Below, in pieces: positions 10,025 to 23,125 of a stretch of 64,000 bases of DNA (the first letter of the stretch is position 1; each line of letters opens with the position of its first letter). The DNA is from Gemmatimonadota bacterium. GTDB taxonomy: Bacteria; Gemmatimonadota; Gemmatimonadetes; Gemmatimonadales; GWC2-71-9. The translations under genes were made by a program, and so were the position numbers. The DNA lies in contig JAOTVV010000002.1 of NCBI GenBank assembly GCA_029863245.1, positions 192,242 through 256,241 on the forward strand, given 5' to 3'. The notes under the pieces were generated by a model, which had not been told where the DNA came from, searched no databases, and worked only from the letters and a program-made list of their open reading frames with translations.

Positions 10025-12699
10025 GCATCGCACGCACGCTCCTCACTGCCGCGCTCATGACGGCGGTCGTGACGCCGTCGGCGTCGGCGCAGTGGAAGGC
10101 GCAGATCGAGCCCGGCGCGGTGGCTGTGCCGCGCGGGGATCTGTTCGTTCGGAACCTCGACGCGGTGTGGACGGCAAATGACACGGTCCATCGCAACGTG
10201 TCGATCCTCATACGGGATGGAGCGATCCGCGCCATCGGGTCCGATCTCCCGGCCCCACGCGGTGTGCCTGTCGTCGATGGCAGCGGTCTGACGGCCATCC
10301 CCGGGCTGGTCGACGAGCATACGCACATCGGCATGCGCTCGACCAACGAGGGATCCGTGCCGATCTCGGCCGAGGTGCGCGTCATCGATGCGCTGGATCC
10401 GGAGGACTTCGGCATCTATCGTGCGCTGTCGGGCGGCGTCACTACCGCGCAGGTGCTGCATGGGAGCGCCAATCCCATCGGTGGCCAGAGCGCGATCATC
10501 AAGATGCGCTGGGGCATGGAGGACGGTCGCAAACTCCTGGTCGAGGGCGCGCCGCAGACGATCAAGTTCGCACTCGGCGAGAACGTCACCCGCAAGAACT
10601 TCGGAGGCCAGGGACAACAGCGCTTCCCCGCCAGCCGAGAGGGCGTCGAAGCGGTCTACGTCGGGGCCTTCTCCAGCGCGCAGGAGTACAAGAAGACCTG
10701 GGACGCATACCGGGCGAACCCCAGGGCATTCCGGGTGCCACCCCGGAGGGACCTGCGGTTGGAGGCGCTCGTCGATGTGATGGACGGCCGGATTCTCGTC
10801 ACGGCACACTCGTATCGCTCAGATGAGATCGTGATGCTGCTGCGCGTGGCCGAGCGGTTCGGGTTCAAGATCAACTCCTTCACGCACGTGCTCGAGGGCT
10901 ACAAGGTCGCCGACGAGATCGCGGCCCACGGCGCAGGAGCAGGCACGTTCAGCGATTGGTGGGCCTACAAGCTCGAGGCCTACGACGCAATCCCGTACAA
11001 CGCGGCCATCATGTACGAGCACGGCGTGAAGACGGCAATCAATTCCGATGACACTGGGAGCAATTTGAGCTCGTTCATGGCCTACGAGTTCAACAAGGCG
11101 GTGAAGTACGGCGGCGTCCCGAAAGAAGACGCCCTGCGCATGCTCACACGGTACCCTGCCGAGATCCTCCGTATCGACGACAAAGTGGGTACCCTCCAGG
11201 TTGGGAAACAGGCCGACATGGTGCTGTTGTCGGGCGACCCGTTCGACGCCTACAGCCGCGTGGAGAAGACGATCGTCGACGGCATCGTGTATTACGATCG
11301 CCTGCGGGAGGCCGAGACTCGGGGGGATCCGGTCCGGCCACCGCCGCAGACACCGGTGGTTCCTGACGCCGTGTCGCCGTCCATCTCTCCGGCTCCCTCG
11401 CAGCCCGACGCGCTGACGACCGAGCGCGGCGCCGCCACGCGGGGACCGAGCGCTGGAATCGACCTGCTGGGTACACCCCGACAGCAGGGTCAGGTGACGG
11501 CTCTCGTGGGAGCTACGGTGCACCCCGCATCACGCCCTCCGATTGAGAGCGGCGTGGTGTTAGTGGCCAGCGGGAGGATCCAGGCCGTCGGGTCAGCGGG
11601 CGAGGTCACCATTCCGGACGGCGCCACCGTGATCAACCTGGCCGGAAAGCACCTGTACCCGGGCATGATCGATCCGATGACCCAGCTGGGGATGGTGGAG
11701 ATCGGGCAGGTGGCGGCGAGTCGCGATGACCGGGAGGTCGGGCGCTACAACCCGCACATTCGCGCACTCACGGGTGTCCATCCGCACAGTGAAGCGATCC
11801 CGGTTGCCCGCGCCAACGGTATCCTGACCGTCCTCACGGCGCCCGCGAGTGGCGTCATCCGAGGCATGGGATCGGTGATTCAGCTCCACGGCGACACACC
11901 CGAACGGATGGCCATCCGGGACAGCGGTGCCCTAGTTGTGGCCTTCCCCAGTCCAAAGGGAGATCCGTGGGACGAGCCCAGCTTGGAGGGTGACAATCTC
12001 GAAGAGTTGGTTACCCTGTTCGAGCGGGCCGTTCTCTATGCCAAGGGTACGGCCACGCACGATGATCCCACGGCCCGCTTCGATCCGAACATCACGAATC
12101 GCCACCGCTTCCTGGTGGCATCCCTCGCGCCGGCCGTGACGGGCAGGATCCCGGTGCTCTTCATGGTGCGACGCGAGCGGGACATTCGATCGCTGCTGCT
12201 ATTCCTCGACAAGTTCCCGGAGATCCAGGCCGTCGTCGTGGGTGGCGATCAAGCGTTCCGGGTTGCCGGTGAGCTTGCCTCTCGCTCGATTCCGGTGATC
12301 GTGGGCTCGGCGCTCTCGCCGACAATGGATCGCGACGATCCGCTTACCGCCGGGTGGGAAAACGCTGCCTTTCTGCACGCCGCCGGTGTGCGAGTAGCGT
12401 TCGCGACGGATGACGTGAGCAACGTCCGCAACCTCCCCTATCACGCTGCCAAAGCCGTGGCCTTCGGTCTGCCTCAAGACGAGGCGCTCCGTGCCGTCAC
12501 ACTGAACCCGGCCGAGATCCTCGGTCTCGGGAGCGAGATGGGCAGCATCGACGTCGGCAAACGGGCGGACCTCATCGTCACCGATGGCGATCCGCTCCAA
12601 ATCGTGACGCAGGTGGAGCGGGCGTTCATTCAGGGGGTCGAGGTCTCGCTCGAGACCAAGCACACCCGGCTCTACGAGGCGTTCCGGAACCGGCACTGA
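10021..12699 (+). CDS. secreted two-domain amidohydrolase family protein
   Basis: ORF 9979..12699 trimmed to the ATG at 10021 (ATGA overlap with the upstream stop), with signal peptide ...VVTPSASAQ. Domain 1 has the canonical PGLVDEHTHIG motif; domain 2 has PGMIDPMTQLG and no HxH. Confidence 0.8.
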   Translation: MSIARTLLTAALMTAVVTPSASAQWKAQIEPGAVAVPRGDLFVRNLDAVWTANDTVHRNVSILIRDGAIRAIGSDLPAPRGVPVVDGSGLTAIPGLVDEHTHIGMRSTNEGSVPISAEVRVIDALDPEDFGIYRALSGGVTTAQVLHGSANPIGGQSAIIKMRWGMEDGRKLLVEGAPQTIKFALGENVTRKNFGGQGQQRFPASREGVEAVYVGAFSSAQEYKKTWDAYRANPRAFRVPPRRDLRLEALVDVMDGRILVTAHSYRSDEIVMLLRVAERFGFKINSFTHVLEGYKVADEIAAHGAGAGTFSDWWAYKLEAYDAIPYNAAIMYEHGVKTAINSDDTGSNLSSFMAYEFNKAVKYGGVPKEDALRMLTRYPAEILRIDDKVGTLQVGKQADMVLLSGDPFDAYSRVEKTIVDGIVYYDRLREAETRGDPVRPPPQTPVVPDAVSPSISPAPSQPDALTTERGAATRGPSAGIDLLGTPRQQGQVTALVGATVHPASRPPIESGVVLVASGRIQAVGSAGEVTIPDGATVINLAGKHLYPGMIDPMTQLGMVEIGQVAASRDDREVGRYNPHIRALTGVHPHSEAIPVARANGILTVLTAPASGVIRGMGSVIQLHGDTPERMAIRDSGALVVAFPSPKGDPWDEPSLEGDNLEELVTLFERAVLYAKGTATHDDPTARFDPNITNRHRFLVASLAPAVTGRIPVLFMVRRERDIRSLLLFLDKFPEIQAVVVGGDQAFRVAGELASRSIPVIVGSALSPTMDRDDPLTAGWENAAFLHAAGVRVAFATDDVSNVRNLPYHAAKAVAFGLPQDEALRAVTLNPAEILGLGSEMGSIDVGKRADLIVTDGDPLQIVTQVERAFIQGVEVSLETKHTRLYEAFRNRH

Positions 12700-12725
12700 A
12701 CAAAACCCGGGGACTCGGACGGCAA

Positions 12726-12757
12726 GCGGGGCGGTCACCTGTCGGCGACCGCCCCGC
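12726..12757. terminator. hairpin between convergent amidohydrolase and HU/IHF genes
   Basis: 11-bp stem GCGGGGCGGTC-N10-GACCGCCCCGC. No clean U-tract on either side. Confidence 0.4.
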
Positions 12758-12804
12758 GCTGTCGGCCCTGCTTGGGCCGGCGTTACCCCGACGTCCGTGC
12801 CCGA

Positions 12805-13134
12805 TCAGCCCCCCACCACCGTCGGCTCCCCATCGTCCTCCGAAGAGGCGACCATGCCGCGCAACTCCTTGGATGGCTTGAACACTGGCACGGGCCGCGC
12901 AGCAACCTCCACCGGATCACCCGTCCTAGGATTCCGCGCCATCCGCGTCTTGCGCCGTCGAATCTTGAAGGTTCCGAACCCGCGGATCTCGATGTTGTTC
13001 TGATCCGAGAGCGAGAGCTTGATAGCCTCGAGGAACGCGTCGACGACCCGCGCGCAGTCCTTCTTGGAGATCATCGGCCCGGCCGTCCGGGCTATGGTGG
13101 CCGTGACCTTCTCGACGAGATCCGCCTTGGTCAT
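12805..13134 (-). CDS. HU/IHF family DNA-binding protein
   Basis: ORF 12805..13188 trimmed to the ATG at 13134. MTKADLVEKV...IEIRGFGTFKIRRRKTRMARNPRTGDPVEV is the HU/IHF arm motif. Acidic C-terminal tail. Confidence 0.85.
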   Translation of the reverse strand: MTKADLVEKVTATIARTAGPMISKKDCARVVDAFLEAIKLSLSDQNNIEIRGFGTFKIRRRKTRMARNPRTGDPVEVAARPVPVFKPSKELRGMVASSEDDGEPTVVGG

Positions 13135-13203
13135 TGGTCCTCTCTCGATGAGCCCCGGGTGGCGGCCGCCATGCCCCGTCGGAAGCACGGCGTTGGGCCG
13201 ACA

Positions 13204-14322
13204 TTAATATCGGCTTAACCGTTGACTGTCAAGAGCTTGGACGAATTCCCTGAAGTGCCCTTGGGCGTCATGAGGGCCCGGAGAGGCCTCCGGATGGTAC
13301 TGCACACCGAACGCTGGCAGCTCGAGGTGTCTAACACCTTCCACCGTGTCATCATTGAGGTTACGGTGAGTCACCTCAAGTGCTTTGGTACCTGACACGA
13401 CCTTACTTGTTCCCCTGACTGCAAATCCGTGATTCTGGCTGGTAATCAGAACTCGCTCAGTCTGGAAGTCGCGAACGGGATGGTTTCCACCCCGATGGCC
13501 ATAGGGAAGCTTGTCGGTCTCGCCGCCGAAGGCCAGTGCGAGCAGTTGGTGACCGAGACAGATGCCGAACGTGGGCAGACCGGTGTCGGCGAGGTGCCTG
13601 ATCTCCGGCAGCACGTACCGGACAGCAGCGGGGTCGCCGGGACCGTTGGAAAGAAAGACCCCATCGGGACCGAGCTCCTGCACGCGGGCGGCTGGCGTGG
13701 TCGCGGGGACCACCGTGACTCGGCATCCGAGTGACGTGAGGATTCGCAGGATGTTGCGCTTCATCCCGAAGTCGTACGCCACCACATGGAACCGGGCCGA
13801 TCCGTCACCGACCTCCCGCTCGTCTGGGACGGTGGCTCGCGAGGCGAGGTCGAGACCTTCCATGCGGGGGCTCGCGTCCAGAGCGCGGCGCGCCTCGTCA
13901 CTCGGTTGCTCACCCAGGGCGACGATGCCACGCATCGCGCCCGCCGACCGGATGTGCCGCGTGAGGCGCCGGGTATCGATTCCCTCGATGATCGGGATCC
14001 CACGTTCGGCGAGCCACGCGTCCAACGCGCCCGTGGCACGCCAACTGGAGTGTTGGCGCGCCAGCTCGCGAACGACCACGGCCGTGACCTGAGGCCTGCC
14101 AGACTCCATGTCCTCGTCGTTCGTCCCGTAGTTGCCGATCATCGTCGCCGTCATGACGACGATCTGTCCCAGGTACGAGGGATCGGTGAAGACCTCCTGG
14201 TACCCGGTCAGGTTGGTGGTGAAGACCACTTCCCCGGGCGTATGGGGAAACGAATGGCGCGCGGTTCCGGGGAACCACGCGCCATCTTCGAGCAGCACGT
14301 AGGCGGGCTGCGTCGTCGCCAC
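13204..14322 (-). CDS. carA: carbamoyl-phosphate synthase small (glutaminase) subunit
   Basis: 372 aa, GTG start. GICLGHQLL catalytic Cys motif and the HGFAV..NLND..EG pattern. Confidence 0.95.
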   Translation of the reverse strand: MATTQPAYVLLEDGAWFPGTARHSFPHTPGEVVFTTNLTGYQEVFTDPSYLGQIVVMTATMIGNYGTNDEDMESGRPQVTAVVVRELARQHSSWRATGALDAWLAERGIPIIEGIDTRRLTRHIRSAGAMRGIVALGEQPSDEARRALDASPRMEGLDLASRATVPDEREVGDGSARFHVVAYDFGMKRNILRILTSLGCRVTVVPATTPAARVQELGPDGVFLSNGPGDPAAVRYVLPEIRHLADTGLPTFGICLGHQLLALAFGGETDKLPYGHRGGNHPVRDFQTERVLITSQNHGFAVRGTSKVVSGTKALEVTHRNLNDDTVEGVRHLELPAFGVQYHPEASPGPHDAQGHFREFVQALDSQRLSRY

Positions 14323-14681
14323 TAGTTCTGGGGCTGCGGCGGTGTCGTCCCCGGGGATTGCTCGGGCTCCACGTTCAAGGGGAGCTGGGTCGGGGGAACG
14401 ATCGGGGCCGGTGCAACCGGCTCACTGTCCAGCACCGACCGGGGCATCGAGGTCCTCGTGCTCATGCCGGCCAGCAGAAGTGACAGACCGAGAAAGATCC
14501 CTCCGAGCCACCACGTCGCCTTTGTGAGAATCGTCGTCGCTTGCCGGCCACCGAGAAACGAATCGCTGGATGCGCCGCCGCCCATAGCCGCAAGGCCCCC
14601 GCCCGTTCCAGCCTGGAGCAGGATGGCCGTCACCATGGCAACGGCGACGAGAATCAGGATGATCAAGAACAGTGTGAACAT
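14322..14681 (-). CDS. secG: preprotein translocase subunit SecG
   Basis: 119 aa: N-terminal [12 protein letters not shown] motif, second TM, Pro-rich tail. Confidence 0.85.
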   Translation of the reverse strand: MFTLFLIILILVAVAMVTAILLQAGTGGGLAAMGGGASSDSFLGGRQATTILTKATWWLGGIFLGLSLLLAGMSTRTSMPRSVLDSEPVAPAPIVPPTQLPLNVEPEQSPGTTPPQPQN

Positions 14682-14726
14682 GCTTAGCTCGTATCGGGCC
14701 GCAAGATAGCCGGTTCAGCAGCCAAG

Positions 14727-15475
14727 TCAATCGAGCGGTGTCTGGACCATCGTGCCCCACGTCACCGGGTCCAGTGACGCTCCTCCGACCAAGACCCCGT
14801 CGATCTCCGACTCTCCAACGAGGTCCGCGATGTTGTCGGGCTTCACGCTCCCCCCATAGAGGATGCGCGTCTGACCCGGATCCGCCCCTTCCCTGCCCAT
14901 GAAGTCCCGGATGAACGCATGCACCTCCACCGCATCGGCCGGGGTGGCCGTCTTGCCGGTTCCGATGGCCCACACCGGCTCGTACGCGATCACCACTTTC
15001 GCCAACGCCCGCGCGTCGAGGTCTTCCAGCACGCCCAGATGTCGACCCACCACGGAGAGGGTCACCCCTGCCTCGCGCTGCTCGAGCTTCTCGCCCACGC
15101 AGAGCACGGGCGTGAGACCGTGCGCCAGGAGCGACCGGACCTTGCGGCCGGTCTCGGCATCGGTCTCGCCGAACACATGGCGGCGCTCGGAATGGCCGAC
15201 GAGCGCTGCCGTGGCGCCGGCATCGAGGATCATCGGGGCACTCACCTCACCGGTGAACGCCCCTTTTTCCTCCCAATGGACGTTTTGCGCCCCAACCGCG
15301 AGGTCGCCTCTGCCCCTGGCAGCCTCTGCCACAGCGTGGAGCGCGACCGCCGCCGGGAAGAACCACGCTTCTCGATCGTCGAGTAGCGGGACCCGAGCCA
15401 GAAACGTCTCCATGTAGCCGCGCGCGGCCTCGGGACCCAGGTGCATCTTCCAGTTTGCTGCGAAAATCAGTCGTT

Positions 15476-15479
<4 letters not shown>
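14727..15479 (-). CDS. tpiA: triosephosphate isomerase
   Basis: 250 aa: AANWKMH...VGHSERR...[12 protein letters not shown]...YGGSV. Confidence 0.95.
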
Positions 15480-18514
<3,035 letters not shown>

Positions 18515-18586
18515 GGAACACGTCCCGAGACACCGGTAGATCCCATCGGGATCTCTCTGCCGCCCGCGCCGGACCTACCCAGTATG

Positions 18587-19051
18587 CTACGCTTCATTCC
18601 CCTCTCGCTCGAGGCGATCGACGGCAGCCGTGATCATATCTTCGAGTTGCTCATAGGTCTCGCGGTACACCTCGATATCACTGCCAAAAGGGTCGGCGAC
18701 CTCGGCGCGATCGCCGCTCAGACCGACGTAGTCGCCCAGAAGGGTTGCTCGATTCCTCGCGCCGAGGTCTTCGGCACGGAGGCGATGGTGGCGGGCCATG
18801 GTGAGGATCAAGTCGGACTCCCCGACCCGCTCCCGCGTCAAGAGCCGCGCGCGGTGGCTCGACAGATCGAGATCGTGCTCGAGCCCCACCAGGTACGCGC
18901 CTTCGGAGGCGGGTGTTCCCTCCCACGCTCCCGTCCCGGCCGACGAGACGTCGATGCCGTCCAACCCGCGCCGATCCAACTCCCGTCTGAGAAGCGCTTC
19001 GGCGAGCGGGCTGCGGCAGATGTTGCCGGTGCACACGAAGAGGACGTGCAT
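18587..19051 (-). CDS. low-molecular-weight protein-tyrosine (or arginine) phosphatase
   Basis: 154 aa: VLFVCTGNICRSP (CX5RS P-loop) and the downstream D..DPFG motif. Confidence 0.85.
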   Translation of the reverse strand: MHVLFVCTGNICRSPLAEALLRRELDRRGLDGIDVSSAGTGAWEGTPASEGAYLVGLEHDLDLSSHRARLLTRERVGESDLILTMARHHRLRAEDLGARNRATLLGDYVGLSGDRAEVADPFGSDIEVYRETYEQLEDMITAAVDRLEREGNEA

Positions 19052-19704
19052 TACGGCGCGTAGCTCCCGGCGGCGCTCCGCAGCTCACGGAGCGGTATGG
19101 CACCTTCCCGGATGACGTGGGGGGTCCGCCCCGTGCAATCCAGGACCGTCGAAGGTGGGAGGTTGCCCAGGGTCCCGCCGTCCAGGACCACCAAGGTCCC
19201 GGCGCTCACCGCTTCGGCGAACGCCTCGACGATGGCCCCGGGTCCTGGTGCCGTCGCATGTCCGGGTCGGTTGGCCGAGGTCGAGGTGATCGGATATCCC
19301 AGCTCAGTGATCAGCCGCTGGAGGCCGGCGTGCGACGTCCACCGCACGGCGATCCCGCCCTCCGGCCCACGCAAGGCATCAGGGAGGTGACGCTCGCCGC
19401 CGGATAATACGAGCGTCAGCGGGCCGGGCCAATAGAGATCGGACAAGACGCGGGCTGCCTTCGTGAAGCGGAGCCCCTGCGCCTCTGCCATCGCTCGGCT
19501 GGACACCAACAGGAGGAAAGCCTTGCCGGCACGTCGGCCTTTGAGCTGCGATAGGGCGTTCACGTCCTCGCTCCTCGTTCGGGAGCCCAGGCCATAGACG
19601 GTCTCGGTGGGATAGGCGAGAAGTCCGCCCCGCTCGAGGTGCTCCCCCACGACGAGAACGGCCTCGCCGATCTGGGCCGCCGTGCGAAACGGCACGAGGC
19701 TCAT
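19051..19704 (-). CDS. tsaC: L-threonylcarbamoyladenylate synthase (YrdC/Sua5/TsaC family)
   Basis: 217 aa: LAYPTETVYGLG...WPGPLTLVL...ITSTSANRPG. Confidence 0.85.
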   Translation of the reverse strand: MSLVPFRTAAQIGEAVLVVGEHLERGGLLAYPTETVYGLGSRTRSEDVNALSQLKGRRAGKAFLLLVSSRAMAEAQGLRFTKAARVLSDLYWPGPLTLVLSGGERHLPDALRGPEGGIAVRWTSHAGLQRLITELGYPITSTSANRPGHATAPGPGAIVEAFAEAVSAGTLVVLDGGTLGNLPPSTVLDCTGRTPHVIREGAIPLRELRSAAGSYAP

Positions 19705-20414
19705 GGCGCGACGAGGTACTCCGCAAGGAGAAAGTCCTCCTCGGTGGTGACCTTGAGGTTGCCAACCCGATCGGGGACGATCTCCACCCGTCCACCGGTG
19801 GACTCGATCAGCGCCGCTTCATCCGTGTATGCCGCGCGAGCCGCCGGCTTTACTGAGGCAAATGCCGATTCCAGGACGGTGCGTGGGAACCCCTGGGGTG
19901 TCTGCGCCCGCCAGAGATCCGAGCGATCGACCGTCTCGAGCACCCGCGCCGTTCCCGGCTTGACCCGCTTCAAGGTGTCCCCCACCCTGACAGCCGGGAC
20001 CGCGGCCACTCCCGCCGCCGCGCGCTCGATCACGGCATCGATCGTCTCGACGGTGACGAACGGACGGGCAGCGTCGTGCACGAGCACGATCGCACACGCC
20101 GCGTCCAACACCGACATCGCGGCGTACACCGAATCCGCCCTGGTCCTACCGCCGGCAACGATCCTGAGACGCTCGCCGGCAACGTCGCGCAGCCAGGAAG
20201 GAGGCGCCGCAGCGGCGTCCTCCGGAAGTGCCACCACGATCTCCTTCACTCGCGGGTGCTGGGCAAAAGGCCGGACGGCGCGGAGCAGCATTGGCACACC
20301 CCGAATAGGACGAAACTGTTTGGGGATGCCGGGCCCCATTCGTTCCCCCATCCCGCCGGCAGCGATCAGCACGCCGGTATCAGGCGGCAATGCGCTTCCA
20401 GAGCTCGGACACAT
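19701..20414 (-). CDS. ispD: 2-C-methyl-D-erythritol 4-phosphate cytidylyltransferase
   Basis: 237 aa: VLIAAGGMGERMG..PKQF...VLVHDAARP. An alternative GTG start at 20372 would remove the 35-nt overlap with radA. Confidence 0.9.
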   Translation of the reverse strand: MCPSSGSALPPDTGVLIAAGGMGERMGPGIPKQFRPIRGVPMLLRAVRPFAQHPRVKEIVVALPEDAAAAPPSWLRDVAGERLRIVAGGRTRADSVYAAMSVLDAACAIVLVHDAARPFVTVETIDAVIERAAAGVAAVPAVRVGDTLKRVKPGTARVLETVDRSDLWRAQTPQGFPRTVLESAFASVKPAARAAYTDEAALIESTGGRVEIVPDRVGNLKVTTEEDFLLAEYLVAP

Positions 20415-21726
20415 GGTTGATGGACACGAGGTCGAGCGCGGTGGACGGACGACTGCGGCCGGGGAGAAAAACCTGCCGGAAACCCAAGCGCTCCGCCTCC
20501 GCTATGCGGCGCTCCACACCTCCGACGGGCCGCACTTCGCCACCGAGACCCACCTCACCCACGAACATCGCGTCGGCCGGAAGCGCGATGTCGTGTAGCG
20601 TCGAACTCAACGCTGCCACCACCGCGAGGTCCGAGGCTGTCTCGATGAGGCGCACGCCACCAGTCACGTTGACGAACACGTCGAGGTCGCGGAACACGAG
20701 ACCGGCGCGTCGCTCCAGCACGGCCAACAGCACCGCCAGTCGCCGGTGCTCCAGGCCGGTCGCCACTCGCTGAGGCGTGCCGAACCCGGTCTTGGACGCG
20801 AGCGCCTGAATCTCCACCAACACCGGCCGGGATCCCTCCATCAGGGCCGCCACCGCGGAGCCAGGGGTGTTTGTCTGACGACCCGACAGAAACGCCGCGG
20901 ACGGGTTCTCCACGGGTCGGAGTCCGGCCCCCGTCATCTCGAAGACACCCACCTCGTCAACAGAGCCGAACCGGTTCTTCACCGCGCGAAGAATCCGGAA
21001 ATCCGAGCCGCCGTCATCCTCGAAGTAGAGCACCGTGTCGACGATGTGCTCCAGCGTCTTCGGGCCCGCGATGATCCCCCCGCGCGTCACGTGGCCCACC
21101 AGCACGACCGCCGCTCCGCTCTCCTTGGCGAACCGCATCAGCCGCGCTGCACACTCGCGGACCTGGCCGACATTGCCCGGGGCACCCTCCAAGTCGTCGG
21201 TGTACATGGTCTGGATGGAGTCGACGAATACCACGCGGCTGTGGAGCGACGCGGCGCGACTCAGGATGGCGTCGACACGAACCTCCGGAAGGAGGTAAAC
21301 CGCGCCGGCCTCTTCCCCGATTCGGTCAGCCCGCAGCCGCACCTGCTCTGGCGATTCCTCGCCGGAGACGTACAGCACGGGGACGCCACCCGCCACCAGG
21401 CGCGCCGCGCATTGGAGCAGGAGCGTGGACTTGCCAATTCCGGGCTCGCCACCGACGAGCACGAGCGAGCCGGGTACCAGACCGCCTCCGACCGCGAAGT
21501 CGAACTCGGCGAGGCCCGTCGGCCACCGATGCAGTCTCTCCGAGGCGATGCGGGACAACAAGACGGGTTCGGCACCCGCCCCAAGTCGGTCACCAGATTT
21601 CCGCGCGCGCCGAACCGGCTCTTCAACCAGCGTATTCCACTCGCCGCAGGAGTCACACCTCCCTGCCCACCTCGGATGCTCCGCACCGCACTCCGCGCAG
21701 CGATACACGGAGCGGTTACGCGGCAT
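20380..21726 (-). CDS. radA: DNA repair protein RadA (Sms)
   Basis: ORF 20380..21858 trimmed to the ATG at 21726. YRCAECGAEHPRWAGRCDSCGEWNT zinc finger, GEPGIGKSTLLLQ Walker A, KNRFG, Lon-like C-terminus. Confidence 0.93.
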   Translation of the reverse strand: MPRNRSVYRCAECGAEHPRWAGRCDSCGEWNTLVEEPVRRARKSGDRLGAGAEPVLLSRIASERLHRWPTGLAEFDFAVGGGLVPGSLVLVGGEPGIGKSTLLLQCAARLVAGGVPVLYVSGEESPEQVRLRADRIGEEAGAVYLLPEVRVDAILSRAASLHSRVVFVDSIQTMYTDDLEGAPGNVGQVRECAARLMRFAKESGAAVVLVGHVTRGGIIAGPKTLEHIVDTVLYFEDDGGSDFRILRAVKNRFGSVDEVGVFEMTGAGLRPVENPSAAFLSGRQTNTPGSAVAALMEGSRPVLVEIQALASKTGFGTPQRVATGLEHRRLAVLLAVLERRAGLVFRDLDVFVNVTGGVRLIETASDLAVVAALSSTLHDIALPADAMFVGEVGLGGEVRPVGGVERRIAEAERLGFRQVFLPGRSRPSTALDLVSINHVSELWKRIAA

Positions 21727-23125
21727 CGAATCCTTGGGGAGCGCGCTCGCTGTAGTCGGCGAACCGCGTGCACTCCTTGCGGAACGCGAGGGTGATCGTG
21801 CCCGTCGGACCGTTCCGGTGCTTGGCGAGAATGATCTCTGCCGTGCCCTCGCGGGCATCGGCCTCCTTCTCCATCACCGATCTGTACATCTCCGCCCGGT
21901 AGATGAAGATCACGAGATCGGCATCCTGCTCGATCGCCCCGGAATCGCGGAGATCGGACAACATGGGCCGTCGGTCTTTGCCACGTTGCTCGGGCGCCCG
22001 CGAGAGCTGCGAGAGTGCCACGATCGGCGTCCGCAATTCCCGGGCGAGCGCTTTCAGCGAGCGAGAGATGAAGCTGATTTCGGCCTGACGGTTTTCCGAT
22101 TCTCTGGGAGCGTTCAGGAGCTGCATGTAGTCGATCACGAACATCCCGATGTCGTGTTCCGCCTTCAGACGGCGAGCCTTGGAGCGCAGCTCGAGCAGGT
22201 TCAAGGCGGGCGTGTCGTCGATCCAGATGGGCGCTTGCCCCAGGATGCCGACCGCGTAGGAGAGTTTGGAGAAATCCTCCTCGAGGAGCTTACCACGTCG
22301 GAACCGGTGCAGGTCCACCAGGCTCTCGGACGACAGCATTCGCTCCACCAGTTGATCCTTGGCCATCTCCAACGAGAACATCGCCACCGGGACCTTCGCT
22401 TCGATCGCGGCGTGCGTCGCCATGTTGAGGACCAGCGACGATTTCCCCATGGACGGACGTGCCGCCACGATGATGAGGTCGCTCGGCTGGAACCCGTTCG
22501 TGAGCACGTCCAAATCTTTGAACCCGCTGAGCACACCGTGTACCGATTCCTCTCCGTGATGGCGCGCTTCGATGCGCTCCATCGTGTCCCACACCAGCGT
22601 CTTGAGCCGTACCGCTTCGCGGATCGATCGCTGGAACGAGACATCGAACACGCGTTGTTCGGCCTGGTCGAGGAGGTCATCGACCTCATGCGGTCCCTCG
22701 TACGCCGCCTGTACGATGGAGGTCCCCGCCTCGATCAGCCGACGGCGCAACGCTCGGTCCCTGACGATGCGACAGTGGTACTCGACGTTGGCAGCGGTCG
22801 AGACGACGTCGAGGAGGTCAGCGATGTACTCGACACCACCGGCCGATTCGAGGTCGCCGCGGCGCTGGAGATGGTCGCGCAGGACGATGGGGTCGATGAC
22901 ATCGCCCTTTTCGAGCAACTGCATCATGGCGCGGAAGATCCGTCGGTGTGCATCTCGGTAGAACGCGGTGTCGCCCAGGAGTTGGGCCGCCTTGAGCGCG
23001 GCGTCCTGGTCTATGAGCATCGCCCCGAGGACGGCCTGTTCGGCCTCCTCACTCCAGGGGGTCTGCCGCGCGGCGTGAGCGTCAGCTGGACTGGGCGACG
23101 AGCTGGCGTGCGATACGGACGTCAT
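21716..23125 (-). CDS. dnaB: replicative DNA helicase DnaB
   Basis: ORF 21716..23284 trimmed to the ATG at 23125. AEQAVLGAML..., ARPSMGKSSLVLN Walker A, IDYMQLL, ALSQLSR. Overlaps the udg 3' end by 44 nt. Confidence 0.93.
   Translation of the reverse strand: MTSVSHASSSPSPADAHAARQTPWSEEAEQAVLGAMLIDQDAALKAAQLLGDTAFYRDAHRRIFRAMMQLLEKGDVIDPIVLRDHLQRRGDLESAGGVEYIADLLDVVSTAANVEYHCRIVRDRALRRRLIEAGTSIVQAAYEGPHEVDDLLDQAEQRVFDVSFQRSIREAVRLKTLVWDTMERIEARHHGEESVHGVLSGFKDLDVLTNGFQPSDLIIVAARPSMGKSSLVLNMATHAAIEAKVPVAMFSLEMAKDQLVERMLSSESLVDLHRFRRGKLLEEDFSKLSYAVGILGQAPIWIDDTPALNLLELRSKARRLKAEHDIGMFVIDYMQLLNAPRESENRQAEISFISRSLKALARELRTPIVALSQLSRAPEQRGKDRRPMLSDLRDSGAIEQDADLVIFIYRAEMYRSVMEKEADAREGTAEIILAKHRNGPTGTITLAFRKECTRFADYSERAPQGFDAA

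Noticed and set aside
9295-10809. 504-aa minus-strand ORF, and similar long antisense ORFs (49437..50927, 53515..55029, 1898..3097, 15455..16819, 21425..23182, 28790..30184, 47805..48758)
   Set aside because: All lie antisense or off-frame to strongly supported genes. They have Arg/Pro/Gly-rich compositions and no recognisable motifs, which are the usual stop-poor shadows in ~67% GC DNA.
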